A stretch of 64,000 bases of DNA from Balanoglossus misakiensis. Lineage: Eukaryota > Animalia > Hemichordata. Shown here piece by piece: positions 26,101-39,200 of the stretch (the first letter of the stretch is position 1; every line of letters starts with the position of its first letter). Both the position numbers and the translations under genes were made by a program. Under the pieces are notes generated by a model, which saw only the letters and a program-made list of their open reading frames with translations, made no database searches and was not told the origin of the DNA. Where the stretch lies: assembly GCA_040954595.2 (NCBI GenBank), contig CM082576.2:17159028-17223027 (forward strand), written 5' to 3'.

Positions 26101-28143
26101 TGTGCATGGTGAGCTAGTTATCATCATGTTAAAGCCTCTAGAGCTGCCACGTTTTGCATTATTTTCATGATTTTATTTTCCAACTTAAATCGGTCCATCT
26201 AAATAAGCTTTCTGATAGGTATACATGAACACCTTATCGATGCCTGATTGTGGCTGTATGTAGTGATTTGAAAACACTATGTATTAAAACGGTGACGCAC
26301 CAATTTAATCAGCCTCTATATAAACAGTACACAGCTATTGTGGTATCCGTCGCCAAGAGATGACAAACTTATGCAAATACAAGTAATAAGGCTTTATGAT
26401 GAGGATTTAAAAGGATAATTGAAGTATTTTATTGTGGGAAAAAATATGTGAAATTTGGCAGCTATAATAGGGGCTTTAACAATTTTCTGTGATTAGGCAA
26501 AGACTGTTACCAACACAGCCAGAACGCAACACCCTCATTAGCATATTATCGCCTATCCAGATCAGGACCGTTACATTTTGAATGGCCGCTCACAGACCGT
26601 TTTTTGAGGCATTTTCAACTTGCCGTAACTTTCGCTAGAGTGCATTATTTTAAATCATGTAAAAGCGAAAACCTCTCCTGACATGTCTTCTTTCGTGCCA
26701 TCCAAATGGATTTTAGAATTATTTACTGAAATATTGATATTATGGCGATTTTCCGAAGGTTACTCTAGCGGTCGAAAATATGGTCCAGTTTTTCGCTTCC
26801 AGTATCCATAATATGCCCCGGAAAGTTTACATATTTCAGGGTTATGTGGGTTTTTCTACACTTTAAATGACCGTGTAAAAAAATTTGGTAAAGATACAAG
26901 TGTAACGGTCAGTTCAAGAATTTTCGCTAAAAAACGGGTGATTTTACCCGGAAGTCGTCACATGACCTACGTGACCCGAGGTTTCCCGGCCGCTGATGTA
27001 AACACCAGTAAATACGCAATTATCCAAGTCGCTCTTTGCAGTCTCTGTTTAACGCGATTGTGGAGTTGAAAGAACCGGACTGTTTTTTTTACAAACGTTT
27101 GTGTTGTCGCTCAATAATGTTTTTCTTTTTGTGAAACACCACATTCGACGAAATCTGTATTTTATTCTTCCAAAAGCTGTGGTGTGGAGGCATCGCAGGG
27201 TTACGCCGCGCCGTAAGCACACAACCCTGCAATTCATACACGCAGCCGCCAGTGCTAACGTAGTTTAGGCAGATCTCGATGATCATCGATAATTTTCAAT
27301 AATAAAAGGTAGTCTAAATAGCCGATATACAATGAACTCATTTCCAACATGTGCCTTTATCAACACTACATGTACATGTGGGACGTAAACAATATACACA
27401 CATTCTGCACTGAACGCTCGACAATGGGTTACGCTGTAAACTCCCGCCATTTCCCACTGAAAATGATCTCGTCACAGCAAAAAGTAAACAAATTAAAACC
27501 GTTATAACTTCGTTAATATGCCCCGGAAAGTATACAAACTTCACAGTAAGAAGGACCAATGCCTATATTTTATAAATATGTCATTTTATTTGTACAACAA
27601 GTTGGTGTAACAGTCCGTTCAAGAATTTAGCGAGGCATGTTTCCAAAACGTGAATTTTCATTACTCTGTACTTTTCGTTATTTCTCTGAAACTACTGCAT
27701 TAATCATCAAAAATACTCCTTGAGATATAGTTCGATATATGTACTATCAAATAAATCCAACAAAAATACTCAGAACGATCGCCATTAATAGCGGTTGATG
27801 ACCAAAGTTGGGGAAAAAAATGACCCAATTCAGACACCCTTTTCGGGGCTCAGTGCAACGGTCTCGTTTTTCGAATCAGATTCTGCATTTGCATATGTTA
27901 ATGAAGGCGTTGCGTTCTGGCTGAACATGAATTATTTGATAATTAATTTTTTTTTGTACGTTTCCTCTTTACATCGATCCAAACAGGCTGGTTGGTTTGC
28001 CTGCACACTACACGGATGTCTGTTGTGGGAAAGTGAGGGATAAGATCCAGTTTGTGTGCGAATCCTGGAGTGCGCCCATTCTGCAGCATTTGTTGTCACC
28101 CCTCAAGGAATACTATGCCTCTGCCAAGCCTGAGCTTGCTTAA
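14181..28143 (+). CDS. DNMT3-like: DNMT3-family protein (PWWP-ADD-C5 MTase fold), 631 aa, predicted catalytically inactive
   Basis: 16 phase-consistent GT-AG exons: 14181-14351, 15245-15352, 15848-15998, 16921-17001, 17735-17803, 18125-18204, 18503-18550, 18901-19020, 20712-20934, 21192-21346, 22211-22319, 22796-22944, 24264-24349, 24466-24544, 24893-25002, 27987-28143 (1896 nt, no internal stop). PWWP GELVWGK..PWWP..RWVLWFGD; ADD CLVCG..HPLFEGGLCEDC..YDEDG..CSVC..PWICYLC; MTase RPFFWLFE, RKRLFWGNLPGM, LWITEIER, PAHYTDV, SWSAP..LSPLKEYY. The ATG directly follows an AG acceptor, so upstream exon(s) probably exist. Confidence 0.93.
15472..15657. mobile_element. TTAA-flanked MITE family (aggtatacagtcacc...)
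   Basis: Second copy at 17156-17342: ttaa|aggtatacggtcacc ... ggtgactgtatacct|ttaa. Confidence 0.75.
19060..19892. mobile_element. Harbinger/PIF-like non-autonomous element
   Basis: taa|ggctgcattcacaaacacctc ... gaggtgtttgtgaatgcagcc|taa. Confidence 0.8.
21406..21918. mobile_element. TTAA-flanked MITE (aggtacatgagctgcaact...)
   Basis: ttaa|aggtacatgagctgcaact ... agttgcagcttatgtacct|ttaa. 3' part repeated at ~58628-58769; related ends near 17484, 29820 and 45064. Confidence 0.8.
22610..22703. mobile_element. ~90-bp piggyBac-like MITE family (ttaa|ccctttca ... tgaaaggg|ttaa)
   Basis: TTAA plus CCC..GGG termini. Related copies at ~21989, ~25780, ~42808, ~45251, ~49414 and ~51608; a variant at 23092-23176. 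Confidence 0.7.
23190..23998 (-). mobile_element. Non-autonomous element with terminal long hairpin (CGAG/GCA type)
   Basis: CpG-rich insert in an AT-rich intron, ending in hairpin 23838-23987 with apex ctcgcctgcggctcg. Boundaries approximate. Confidence 0.55.
24586..24835 (-). mobile_element. 3' end of a LINE (CR1/L2-like) with (TAT)n tail
   Basis: (AAT)n microsatellite at ~24586-24611 abutting a 3'-UTR-like segment. Family assignment is by resemblance only. Confidence 0.35.
26516..27923. mobile_element. 1.4-kb non-autonomous DNA transposon with 4-bp TSD
   Basis: aaca|cagccagaacgcaacaccctcattagcatat ... atatgttaatgaaggcgttgcgttctggctg|aaca. Confidence 0.8.
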
Positions 28144-29249
28144 ACATCTGGTCTTGGAGCTGCCGAAGATGACTGCCCTTTACGTCATGAGTAAAGTTTC
28201 TATGAAACTCCTGTGACAAGTCTGCAAATGTTTTTTGCCCATTGCCCATGATCCTTTACTGTGTCAAGGGTCAATGATACTTCAGGCATCGATAAAACAT
28301 TTATTGTCACGATTAAGATTCAAGACTAGTGTCTTGTTTGACCAAAAGTCAAACTGGGTTTCCATTTTGTCATTTTATTATCCTTCCCAACCATTGTTAC
28401 AAAAAACATTTAGTTTTCAGTATATTTGGATAAACCTCTCACTATCGCCAGTGCCTACAAATCTCGACGCTTACTCATTGTATACAAACCTGCTCACAAC
28501 ACTAGCCAGCTACTTCCTTTTTATATTATAGTGCATTAGAAATAGGAGCAAGAGTGTTCTTGTAGCTATTTTCCCTTATGTCTAGACTCTGCCTTGTTAC
28601 TATTAATTTAAAGTGAGTTTTATAAAATGGTGTTGAAAATTTTTGACTTTTCTAATGCCATATATAAAGTATCTTTGTTTTGGCCAATTGCCAGTACAGT
28701 CAGTTAAACCTGTGTTTAATAGTGGCCATGTGTCCTCTATGCATTCAAAACTTGTCTATAGTGGCCACTTTGTTACAGTCCCTGTGTAATTTACATGTGC
28801 ATAAATGGACCTGTCTATAAAGGCTTAGTTTAGGGGTCCCTTGACTGGCCACTATAGACAGGTTTGACTTTACTGGCAGTGGATTGATCCAACCACATTG
28901 TGGAATGGTTTTCCGACATTTTGTTTCTGTTGTGATGGCTTAGACCATAATTTTTAACACTTGTAGTTTGGTCTAACCCCACATCATTGCCTTAACTGAT
29001 TTTGTCCACTCCTTGCATTGTGGATAATGTCATTGGCAATGAATGCGTTTGGTTTTTAATAATCATGAAGTTGAAAATTTCTTGTTCATAAAGATTTCAG
29101 TTTTATAGTGTTATAAACAAGTTTGGTTTTTAATAATCATGAAGTTGTTGAAATTTTCCTGTTCATAAAGATTTTAGTTGTTTAAGAATGTTCTAAAAGA
29201 GTCTATAAGTTATATGTACATTTATATATTTCACAGAGTTTATGTTTTT

Positions 29250-29255
29250 AATAAA
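29250..29255 (+). promoter_or_regulatory. Candidate polyadenylation signal of the DNMT3-like gene
   Basis: AATAAA ~1.1 kb downstream of the stop, after an AU-rich UTR that includes a ~70-bp tandem duplication (~29048-29180). Confidence 0.4.
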
Positions 29256-29631
29256 AGTGTTGTTCCCTCAGGAAATCAGATTTTTCTACAGAGAGTTTCT
29301 TTACCCCAATGGTTCAAGTATTAATTAATACGCCACCATGATTAATATGGTCTCTGAGGAAATACTTCATTACAGAAACTTTTTTATACATCAAATATAT
29401 GATTCTTTCTTCGGTAAACATGCATTTGCCAAAGTGTGAGGCTGCAGTTGTTTTGAACAAAATGCCAACTGCAGCCTGTATGTGATCTTCATGCCGCTGT
29501 CTTGGTTCATTCATACATACATAGTATACATACGAAGTATGTGGTACGACTGGTCCGATACAAAGTGCTCAATATTAAAGTAGAGTTGAATATAAAGTAA
29601 GGGTGGCTGGAGAAACGATAGACGGTATAAT

Positions 29632-29676
29632 CTCTACAAGGTTGTTTCGTGAGTCACTGGACTCATTCAGCAGGAG
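29632..29676 (-). ncRNA. Degenerate hammerhead ribozyme copy (Penelope-type repeat)
   Basis: Minus strand reads ctc CTGCTGA atgagtc cagt gactcac GAAA c aacctt g TA gag. Core A6>C and G10.1>A; paralogous to 42290-42334. Confidence 0.6.
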
Positions 29677-31149
29677 TTTAGACATAGTATACATACATAC
29701 ATGTATATTCATACAGGTACATGAACATGCATACCCTGTACACACACGCATACATGGTGCTGCCTTGAGCAGGGAGGCGGCGTGACACAGTTTGAAAATT
29801 AATTTCATGATAATTTCCCAAAAGTTGCAGCTCATGGGGCTTTATTCGGCACTGCTATTAATACAGTCAGTTGTCTTCAAAATAAGTATCACAGTGTATC
29901 ACAAATGACTAAATAAAGCTCAAATCTGCATATATGCATGGACTGGCAGTCAGAGAGAGCATGCGTACACATACCAAGACTCCTTCACAACATTAAGTGT
30001 TGGTCTCACTGCAGTTCAGAAGCTCAAGGTTTTGCCTTGCTTTGTGTAGCTGTCCACACAAACCAAGGCAAAACCTTGAGCTATTGAACTGCAGCTAGTG
30101 ATGGTCAAGCTCATGACCCTTGCAATCACATGATCATCACCCATGACTTCCTACAGTGACAAACGAGCAGAAATTCTGTTAGAAACATATTTTTATTTTC
30201 GTACACATGCACTATCAGAGAGCCATAATGTACATTAAATTGTTAAGAAAAATTGTAACATTTAAGTCACTTCAAAAGGAGGTTGGTGGTAGCGAGTCAC
30301 TAAAGGTCATAGTAGTCACATAAACTTTTTCAAGATAAAAGTGACATGAGATATAAAATATCAACAAAGGTTGAGATATTTGTTTGTTTCCAGGAGCTTA
30401 AATATATCCTGACAATAAAGTTTGCATAAAAAAATATACTGTGATCTTCAAATCAAAAACTCCCTTAGAGATCGTGGATGCCACCAGTATAGTGACCACA
30501 GTCAAAGACAGTGCACACTGCAAGTCAAATGTTGTGATCTACTCTACAGGATATCGTTGTTGCACAAATGACAATTAAACTCTAACTCCGAAAGTACCTT
30601 GACTTTCTAGATTTATTATCGACAGAAAGGTGTGACCTGAGCAATCAAGATGACAAAAACGATCACTTGTGCGAACATTATATGTTACGGCCCTACTGGC
30701 CCTGTTGTCACCATGCAATGCAAGTTCCATCAAAACATTTGCAGAAATTCTGTACTTCCAAAGAACACAAGGATGTAACATGGTTGTAAAAAAGGACAAT
30801 GCATTTTGAGATTATTGTTTGTGTGACCTGAATTGCATGATTATATTAACATTCTACACCAATATTGGATTCTGAACAATTGATCCAGTGGTAGACAGGC
30901 TCTGCTGTTGTGTTTTGCATTATAACATGCAATTTAAACTGTTTGAGAAAAAATGGTGCATACCAAATTTCAAGGAGACAAGCAGAATCCCAAGGAAGAC
31001 TTTTGACCTACAATGGCCAGTATATCCCAACAAAATACATTATTCCAGATTCTATCACAATTTGACTATTTTCTTAGTTTAGGGACTGCACACAAAATTT
31101 CCAAGCTGTATATAAAACGGCAGTTAAGTTTGTGAGAAGTCACATGTTA

Positions 31150-31970
31150 TTCATAATCACAATCTGTATTTCTTATATAGCACATTACATAATAAATTTC
31201 AGTGAAATTAAAAATGACAACGGTGACAAAAAGAGAAATAAAAGAATCAAAAACAGTTACACATAAAATGATTTACAAAGGTAGGTTTTTAACCCAGCTT
31301 TAAAATTATCAAATGTTGAAGTTGCTTCAAGATGTAACGGTGAGGCATTCCACAACTGAGGCACAGACAGAAAAGGCTCTGTTACCATAAAAGCAGTGAA
31401 CCCAATGGGTTGATGAAAATTGAGTTCACGCTTTGAATGAGAGCATACAGTGTGATCTGTACTGCGTCTAGTCAACAGTTCATCAAAGATGTCATGCTAG
31501 ACCACAAAATAACTTTGAAAGTGATGCAAAGAATTTTGAATTGGATTCACTCCTTAAAGGGAAGCAATGAAGGTTGCGAAGAATTGGAGAGATATGAACA
31601 CATTTTTTCTTCCTGGTATGGCACATGGTAAGAAGTCGAGCAGCTCAAATTTGAATTGTTTGCAGTTTACGAATCTCAAAAGCAGGGAGGCTGTAAAGTT
31701 GACTATTGCACTCAGTCGCACGAACGAGTTTCTCAGTTGAAGATTGATCTTCGTATATTGCAGATTTTTTCTATTTTCCAGAGAGCATGTGAGGCCGATT
31801 TTACAAATATTGACAACATGAGCTGACATAACTTGCAAGTTGAATCCATGATGACATGTACCAAAGTTACAAACAGTGTCTGATGGATGAAGATGTCACA
31901 ATGAAGAACCGGACCTACACCTGTAAACTGAGAGGAGAAATGAATAACTTCGGTTTGACCATCCTTGAGA
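31150..31970 (-). mobile_element. Degenerate L2/CR1-type LINE 3' fragment
   Basis: PQLWNASPLHLEATSTFDNFKAGLKTYL resembles the typical LINE ORF2 C-terminus (P.LWN.LP...FK..LKT.L); many disablements. Confidence 0.65.
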
Positions 31971-33232
31971 GCTCAATTTATTGTCGTGTGTCTACTGCCT
32001 GATGTTGACAGACGGGCAGAACAACTATGGACAACAGACTTCTCTTAAAAGCGGCACAGTCTCTCTCTCGTTGCCCTTTGTCTCCATTAATTAGGTTTGA
32101 TACAAGACACCGTTTATGTTATTCTACATGTGGATGTATAGTGAATCAACGTTCAACCACACACACCTTCCATCCAACTTGTAGACACAAGAGTGAAAAA
32201 CTCGCCAAAATGAATAATCGGTGTTTACCATTTATTCACGTTGGCGAGATTTTTACCCTCATATCCTACAAATGGGGTGGAAGTTGTACGTGGTCAAACG
32301 TTGATTCACTATATATCCATATGTAGAATAACATAAACAGTGACTTGTATCAAACATAATTAATGGAAAAAAGGCAGGGAGAGAGAGACTTTGTCCCTTT
32401 AGAGCCTTGCGTTGCTGACAGCACAGCTAAAACCTTCAACACTGCCTTCAGCAGAAAAATAAAAATGACCCCAGTTTGATACTAAATAAGGCTGCATTTC
32501 ATGTTGTATACTACATATCGACTGGCCTCAAGCTGTTTGAACAAAAATAAAAGTTTTGACGTAAAAAATCTCAACAAATTTTTAAAATAGCAAATTGCAC
32601 ATTTTATTAAAATTTAAAAGTTACACGGAACACCTGATAGCAACAAAGCAACCAAATATTCAAGCTATTTTGACCACATATTAGTATAAAAAATATCTTC
32701 ACCAAAAAAATTGCTAAATTTGCCATGATTTGAACAAATTTGAAAAGCGCTTATTTTGCTGTTTTCATTCATTAGTAGAATTTACAAAAAATTTACATCA
32801 AAAGAGATTTGATATAAACTTTTGCTGCTTTAAGAATTTAAACAATTTTGGAAGTATTTGATTTATCGGTGGTAAAATCTTGCAAGTCTGCAGGCACCCC
32901 ATGCTATAAGATACAAGTGTATGCAGATCATCATGCTCAGTTTAAAAATATGCAGATAAGTATAAATATTTCTATTTAGCTGCATTTTGGACATTTAGCT
33001 GGTCTACCTCCCATACAAATCGTACAAGAGATAATGAAAATGCACCTTGCAAAGATACAATTATACATCCCATTCCGGCAGCTTCTGTTTTAATTGAAAA
33101 CTTTTTTTCAGACTATAAGCTTTGACGATCAGGACCAGACCAGCACTTGAATTAACATCCCTTTTTTGATAAAAAAAAAACCTTTGTTGGCTCAATTGTT
33201 AAATGAATACAAAAATATTTCATGCAAACATT

Positions 33233-36200
33233 TTAACATTCAGTGTAACTATTCCCACTGGACGAGTTTTTTCTTGGTACAGGATGTTGTTCAATGTCTA
33301 TTTGTCTTGGTTTGGCAGTTTCATCTTTTGGTTTGAGTGGATCCATCTCAGTGACTTCTTCAGTATCACTTGCACTTTCGATCTTATAAGAAGACATAGT
33401 GTCTGTACTCATTTGTCTGTTGAGATGTACACTCTCTTGATCGCCAGTGTTTATATAGAAGACTTCTTCGGGATTAGTCTCCAGCTTTGCACAGATTTCC
33501 TCCAGTTTTTCAGCAAGTGATGTGAACTTGGGTCTCTCTTTAGGATTAACCAACCAACAGCTCAACATCATGTCATACCTAAAAGAGATCACATAAAGTT
33601 ATGGTGACAATGTACTCCCCCATTTGGCCAGCATTGATACATTCAAAAGTGTTAATTCGGTTCGCACTAATCAATCAGAAAAGCACATTCCATAAAATTG
33701 AATGTTCATATACATGTATGTGTATACAGTATATTGTACATAAAGCTTACTCAAAAATATAACATTTCTATGGAGTTATTTTTATTTATTACCAGGAAAG
33801 GTTTTGAAATACATGAAAACTAGAAAATTCTACGGTAATTTAAAATATTTCAGCAATAACCCCCGCCACAGGCAGGTATACACAAGATTTGGGTACAATT
33901 CGAGTCATATAGCACGAGCCGTTAGTCGAGTGCTATATGGAGCGAATTGTACCCAAATTATTTTCATGATTTTATTTTTCAACTCAGATTGGTCCATCTA
34001 AATATAAGCTTATCGATATGTATTCAGGAACATCTTACTGACGCTGAATTGTGACTGTATGTTGCAATTTGAACAAGTGATATATATTAAATTGGTGCTG
34101 CACCCATTTAATCGGCCTCCATACGAAGAGTACACAATTATCATGGTATCGTCACCAAGAAATAAGAAATTCAATTACAAGTAATATGGCTTTAATGGTG
34201 AGGATTATAAAGGATAGGGAGAAGATATGAAGTATTTTTTATAGAAAAAAATATGTGAAATTTTGCAGCTCGTGGGGCTTTTATAATCAAACAATATGTG
34301 ATAAAGAAAACAACAAGCTATTTGAACCTCGTGATGAGACTATAGTAACACCACTCTTCTGCCAAAATGGCTGTAAGAGCCATATCTGGATGAGAGGGCA
34401 AAAGTTTTTGTCTGTTATACTTACAATTCATCAGGACATTGTCTTGGTTGTTTCAGTCGTCTGCCTCTTTGCAAAAATTCATGGATATCATGGTTGTGAA
34501 TTCCTCTATATGGTGTTTTACCCCGGGTGACTATCTCCCACATAGCCACACCAAATGACCACTGAAATAAAATACAAACAAATGTTCTCATGAAGGCATC
34601 AAAAATATCTTGTGTAGTCAAGTTTTAATCAGGCTGCAAACTGCCCTTGTGATACTGGCTGCAAAATGTATAGCTTCACACCTTGCATGTTGAATTTGGG
34701 TGACAGGACCAAAATTGAGAAACATGATGTATGAAGAATGTGAAAATATATTGATATTAATGCATTGATTGGCATTTGATATTTTAACGCACTTATGTAC
34801 ATGGTCACGGGCATTTAATATACGAACTGTAATATTAAAGGGACATTAGTTGTAGCTTTCAGCTTATTTCCAGTATTTTTGTTAAGTATATATCAAATGC
34901 AATTTCTTGTTCTGCACAAAACATCATACTAATATACCCAGTACATGTACTCTGCTTGTCAACATGGCCTGTATGTGTGTAACAACCACTGTTAGTGTTG
35001 ACAAATGAATTCCAGACTTGAATACAAATATTGCACAATAACATTGCTGACAATACACATGTACATGTAGGTTGTGTTGATAAGCTAAAATGCTGGGTAT
35101 TTCATCATGCTTCGGGATTTGAACAAGAAACTGCAGTAGATACACAAAACTAAAATACTGAAAACATAGCAAATAAAGTCACAGCTAATGGAGCTTTCAG
35201 CTGAACTCACCACGTCAGTTTGTGTTGTGTATATATTTTCACCAAGACTTTCAATAGCCATCCACTTCACTGGTACTCTAGCTACATGCCCCATTCTGTA
35301 ATAATTACTTTCATTGTACAACTTTCTTGTCAATCCAAAATCAGCTATTTTTACCACTAAATTGTCATCAAGCCTGTAAATGAAAATAATTTAACATTTT
35401 CAATGTAACAGAAAACATAGTACAAATGATTGTGTCACATATTCTAAAATATCATAACCTCACAGAATAACTATACTTTAGTCTTGTAATCATGCCTCTC
35501 TGAGTATTTCAAACACACAGCTAACAGGGAAATCACAAGTGTTGGATGACATTACATGACCAAGAAATATAAGCAGATTATTAACGTTTCCTTTTGAATA
35601 AAAGTGTGTGTTTTATGGCAATTTGGAACTTCGTTCTGCCCAATTGGTAAGTTGATGTTTGCAGTTACTTGTGGCAGACTGATTGGGTAAGTACCGTTAA
35701 TCAATGGATATTTAGCGAAGGCAGAATGGATATTAGCTGTATTGTATGTGGAAATGAAGGAACAGGAAACAGCACAATATTTTGCATGTGAAAAACTGCT
35801 AAAACATTCTTGTTGATGATATGAACTCACTGCACTTTCACAATTGGTAATTAAGAAAATACAGCAGTGGCCATGCGTCGCATAAAAAGTTTTTCGGAGA
35901 TAATGATGAAGTCAGTGAGATACGAGAACACGAAAATTATTCCTTGCATAACAGTTGCCTCTTTCGATATCGCGAAAATTTCCTGTCGCGAAAATAACCT
36001 GTTTTACAGTAATCGCAAGGCAGCCCTTAAACCAGAAACAAGATCAGCCATTTTGGAGAAGAAAAAAGATTACTTACATACAATTTCTTGCTGCAAGATC
36101 CCGATGTACATAATCTTTTTCTGAGAGATAAGCCATCCCTTTGGCTATTTGAACCATAAATGAAACCAGCCGATGAACTGGTAGGTACTGTAAGGTAATT

Positions 36201-39200
36201 ATTAAAACACAGAAATTTCAGTTTATTATCATGCTATTTGTATTTTCTATGATACCGGTACAAAAAACGCTGCTCACCACAGGGAGATAAACCACCATGC
36301 ATGAGAAAAACTACTATTGTCCCTATGTCCTCTGAAGACCTTATTGTAAGTGTAATACTATAGGGTTATTCAGCCCTGTATGGATGAGGGCTCAGTGAGT
36401 GACGTGTATTGGATGAGCCACAGGTGTGTGTGCACACAATCATGTCTTTTTTCAACCTGTTAGAAGCCCTCAGTCAGATGTTCATAGCGGTTTTGTTCAA
36501 AACTGAGTGTACTGTCTTATAAAGGCCCATAGAAACCGGCAAAAAGATACGGGTGGCCCATCTTAAAGGGGTCTGAATTTCTACCAACTATGGGGTTAGC
36601 CTCATCTGTCCATGCCCATTACACAAACATATTGTTGGAGTCATTAGACATGGACAATAACCAAAAGTGTTGGATTTATTGCGACTGGTGTAAAGCATTT
36701 ATCTAAAATGGTTTCACAAAAAATAGCGCCAACAACACTGGATGCAAGACTGAAGCATTAAATGTCAATCAATCAATAAATCTTCATTTTACTCAAAACA
36801 CACTTAGGCAGGGCGTGGTGTCTGGTACATCAAAACACTAAAATCTCGCGAAACTGATCCCTCAGTGAACCAACTATCTATCAAAACTAACCCATTTGCC
36901 TTTCATGTTTCATAGACACTGAACAGACCTATCACTCCACATACTCCAATTGGTTCATCCATACCTTCTTGCAATTATATTTTGTTATTCTGATTTTCAT
37001 GTCAATTATGATAATTACTTACAATGTATTTACTCGTTTGTTCAGCTCTAAAAAGTTCAGGGTTTCGAGGCAAAAAATAAGTATAGGTCGGGTTATCTGA
37101 ACCACACAATTAATTCTTTGGCCTTAGATGCAATTAATTTTATTTTACATCCTCCACGAAAGTTTAAAAACACAGAAGCACATTCAGTTGATATATGGTT
37201 TCCAATGTAAATGGATGCAAACCAAATACTAGAAGTTAAAGGGACAAAGTCTCTCTCTCGCTGCCCTTTTTCCATTAATTATGTTTGATACAAAACACTG
37301 TTTATGTTAATGTACATGTGGATATATAGTGAATCAACGTTCAACCACACACAACTTCCATCCCACTTGTAGACACGAGAGTAAAAAAAAAAGTCAAAAT
37401 GAATAAATTGGAAACACCGATTTAATATTCATTTTGGCGAGTTTTTCACTCTTGTGTGTACAAGTGGGATGGAAGTTGTGTGTGGTCGAACCTTGATTCA
37501 CTATAATGTATATTAACATAAACGGTGTCTTGTATCAAACATAATTAATGGAAAAAGGGCAGCGAGAGACAGACTTTGTCTCTTTAATTGAGAAGAATGA
37601 AAAAAAAGCTGGTTGGTGTACACCTTACCTGAGGTGTCCCAGACAGCCTGTTGTTGAGTAGGTAACTATGAACATCACCATTTTCCATAAAAGGTAAAAT
37701 GACCATGGGTTTCACACAAGCTGCTTGTGCTGTCAAATCTTGTTCCAGGCAAATTCCTGTCAAATTTAACGAGTGACTTCTGTGAGCTTTAACTAATGAA
37801 CCATTTTTGGACACAGCGGCACAAAGCGCCAAAGGTGTCCTATGTCAATGGTTTTGATTTTCATTCAAAGTTCACAGAATGTTTTGTAATTTCCCATGGG
37901 AAAGCTGTAATAAAATAGCATCTTTTGAGACGGATTCAAGAATGAATTTCACATCACAATCAGTTTTGGTTGTTTTTGTTCTATATTTTAAATCACACAA
38001 AGCTCATACCTGTCAGAGTCAAGACATTGGGATGATCAAAATCTTTCATTGTAATCCCTTCTTTAAGAAAAGCAAGTAATTCTTCTTTGGTTGGAGCAGC
38101 TGAAAAAAAGTAAACAAAAATGGTTATATTAAAGCATGAAATTATAATTATTTTACTCAACACAGAAAACATGCTGACATGAACATGTCCAGTCACTATT
38201 AAAAATATTGTCAATGACATTCAACTTCGATTGATTTATTGTATTCATGCATAACATGAGAGTGAATAATGATTAGATATAGTATAAAAAATTCAGGCCC
38301 CCTCAACCCCCTCCCAGTATAATTAAATGACTCATCCTTTAACCCCTATTTCCCACATTACAGGTCCAACCTTACCATATAAAACAACAGGTTTGGACTG
38401 AACCATGATGATGCAAGGGTTAATATGATGGAAATTGGTCGGAATTTGCAAGCATTGTTGTTTTGTGTTTTGAAGTTTGTGAATGATCAAGAATGAACGT
38501 AGGTGGATGGATGTTAAAATAAATGATGTCATAGTGATATTGTGTCGCTTAGTGATTTAGCTTTTGGCTGTTCACTTTTAATGATGCTGTTGGCAATGAA
38601 TTCACATGTCTTGATTAATTTTTGTCAAGAATGGCAAACATCATTATTACATGTATACCGATATTCATGAAAATCATAATGAGGTATATGATAAAACATT
38701 TACGACTCTGATACGGGACCTCGGTCACAGTTGTACAACCTTGGTCCTCAAATCTCGTATCAGGGCCATAGATTATTAATGTTGTTTATATTGGAAGAAG
38801 CAGTGTTTGCAAAAATCAACTGATACGACAAAACGCAGTCAAGAACTGTGGATCTCCTCTTCAGTAAAAATACATTCAAGGACCTTATTTATCAGTTACA
38901 TTTGAACAGGTACATTCTGATCAGAAATTCTTCATTTTTTCTTATGTATAATATTTAGGATCAATTTTACATTGCATCTCATTTGCATATTTCTGGTAGT
39001 GACAACTTTATCTGAAAAATATTTCTAGCCTATGGAAGCTAGACATGAATCTGATAGGATGCCGAATAGGGAATTCACTCTTTGAAATCAATATTTCTTT
39101 GGTAATTATTGAACTCAGAATTCCCTCAAGGTATATATTTTCTGAAAGCTTAGATTTTGGTTTTCATTGTGATCATTATTCACACTGCTATCACATGACA

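Noticed and set aside
14181-28143. DNMT3-like gene as an ordinary active DNMT3 or an old pseudogene
   Set aside because: Five catalytic motifs are substituted, arguing against activity, yet there is no stop, frameshift or broken splice site in 16 exons, unlike the neighbouring BRCT exons.
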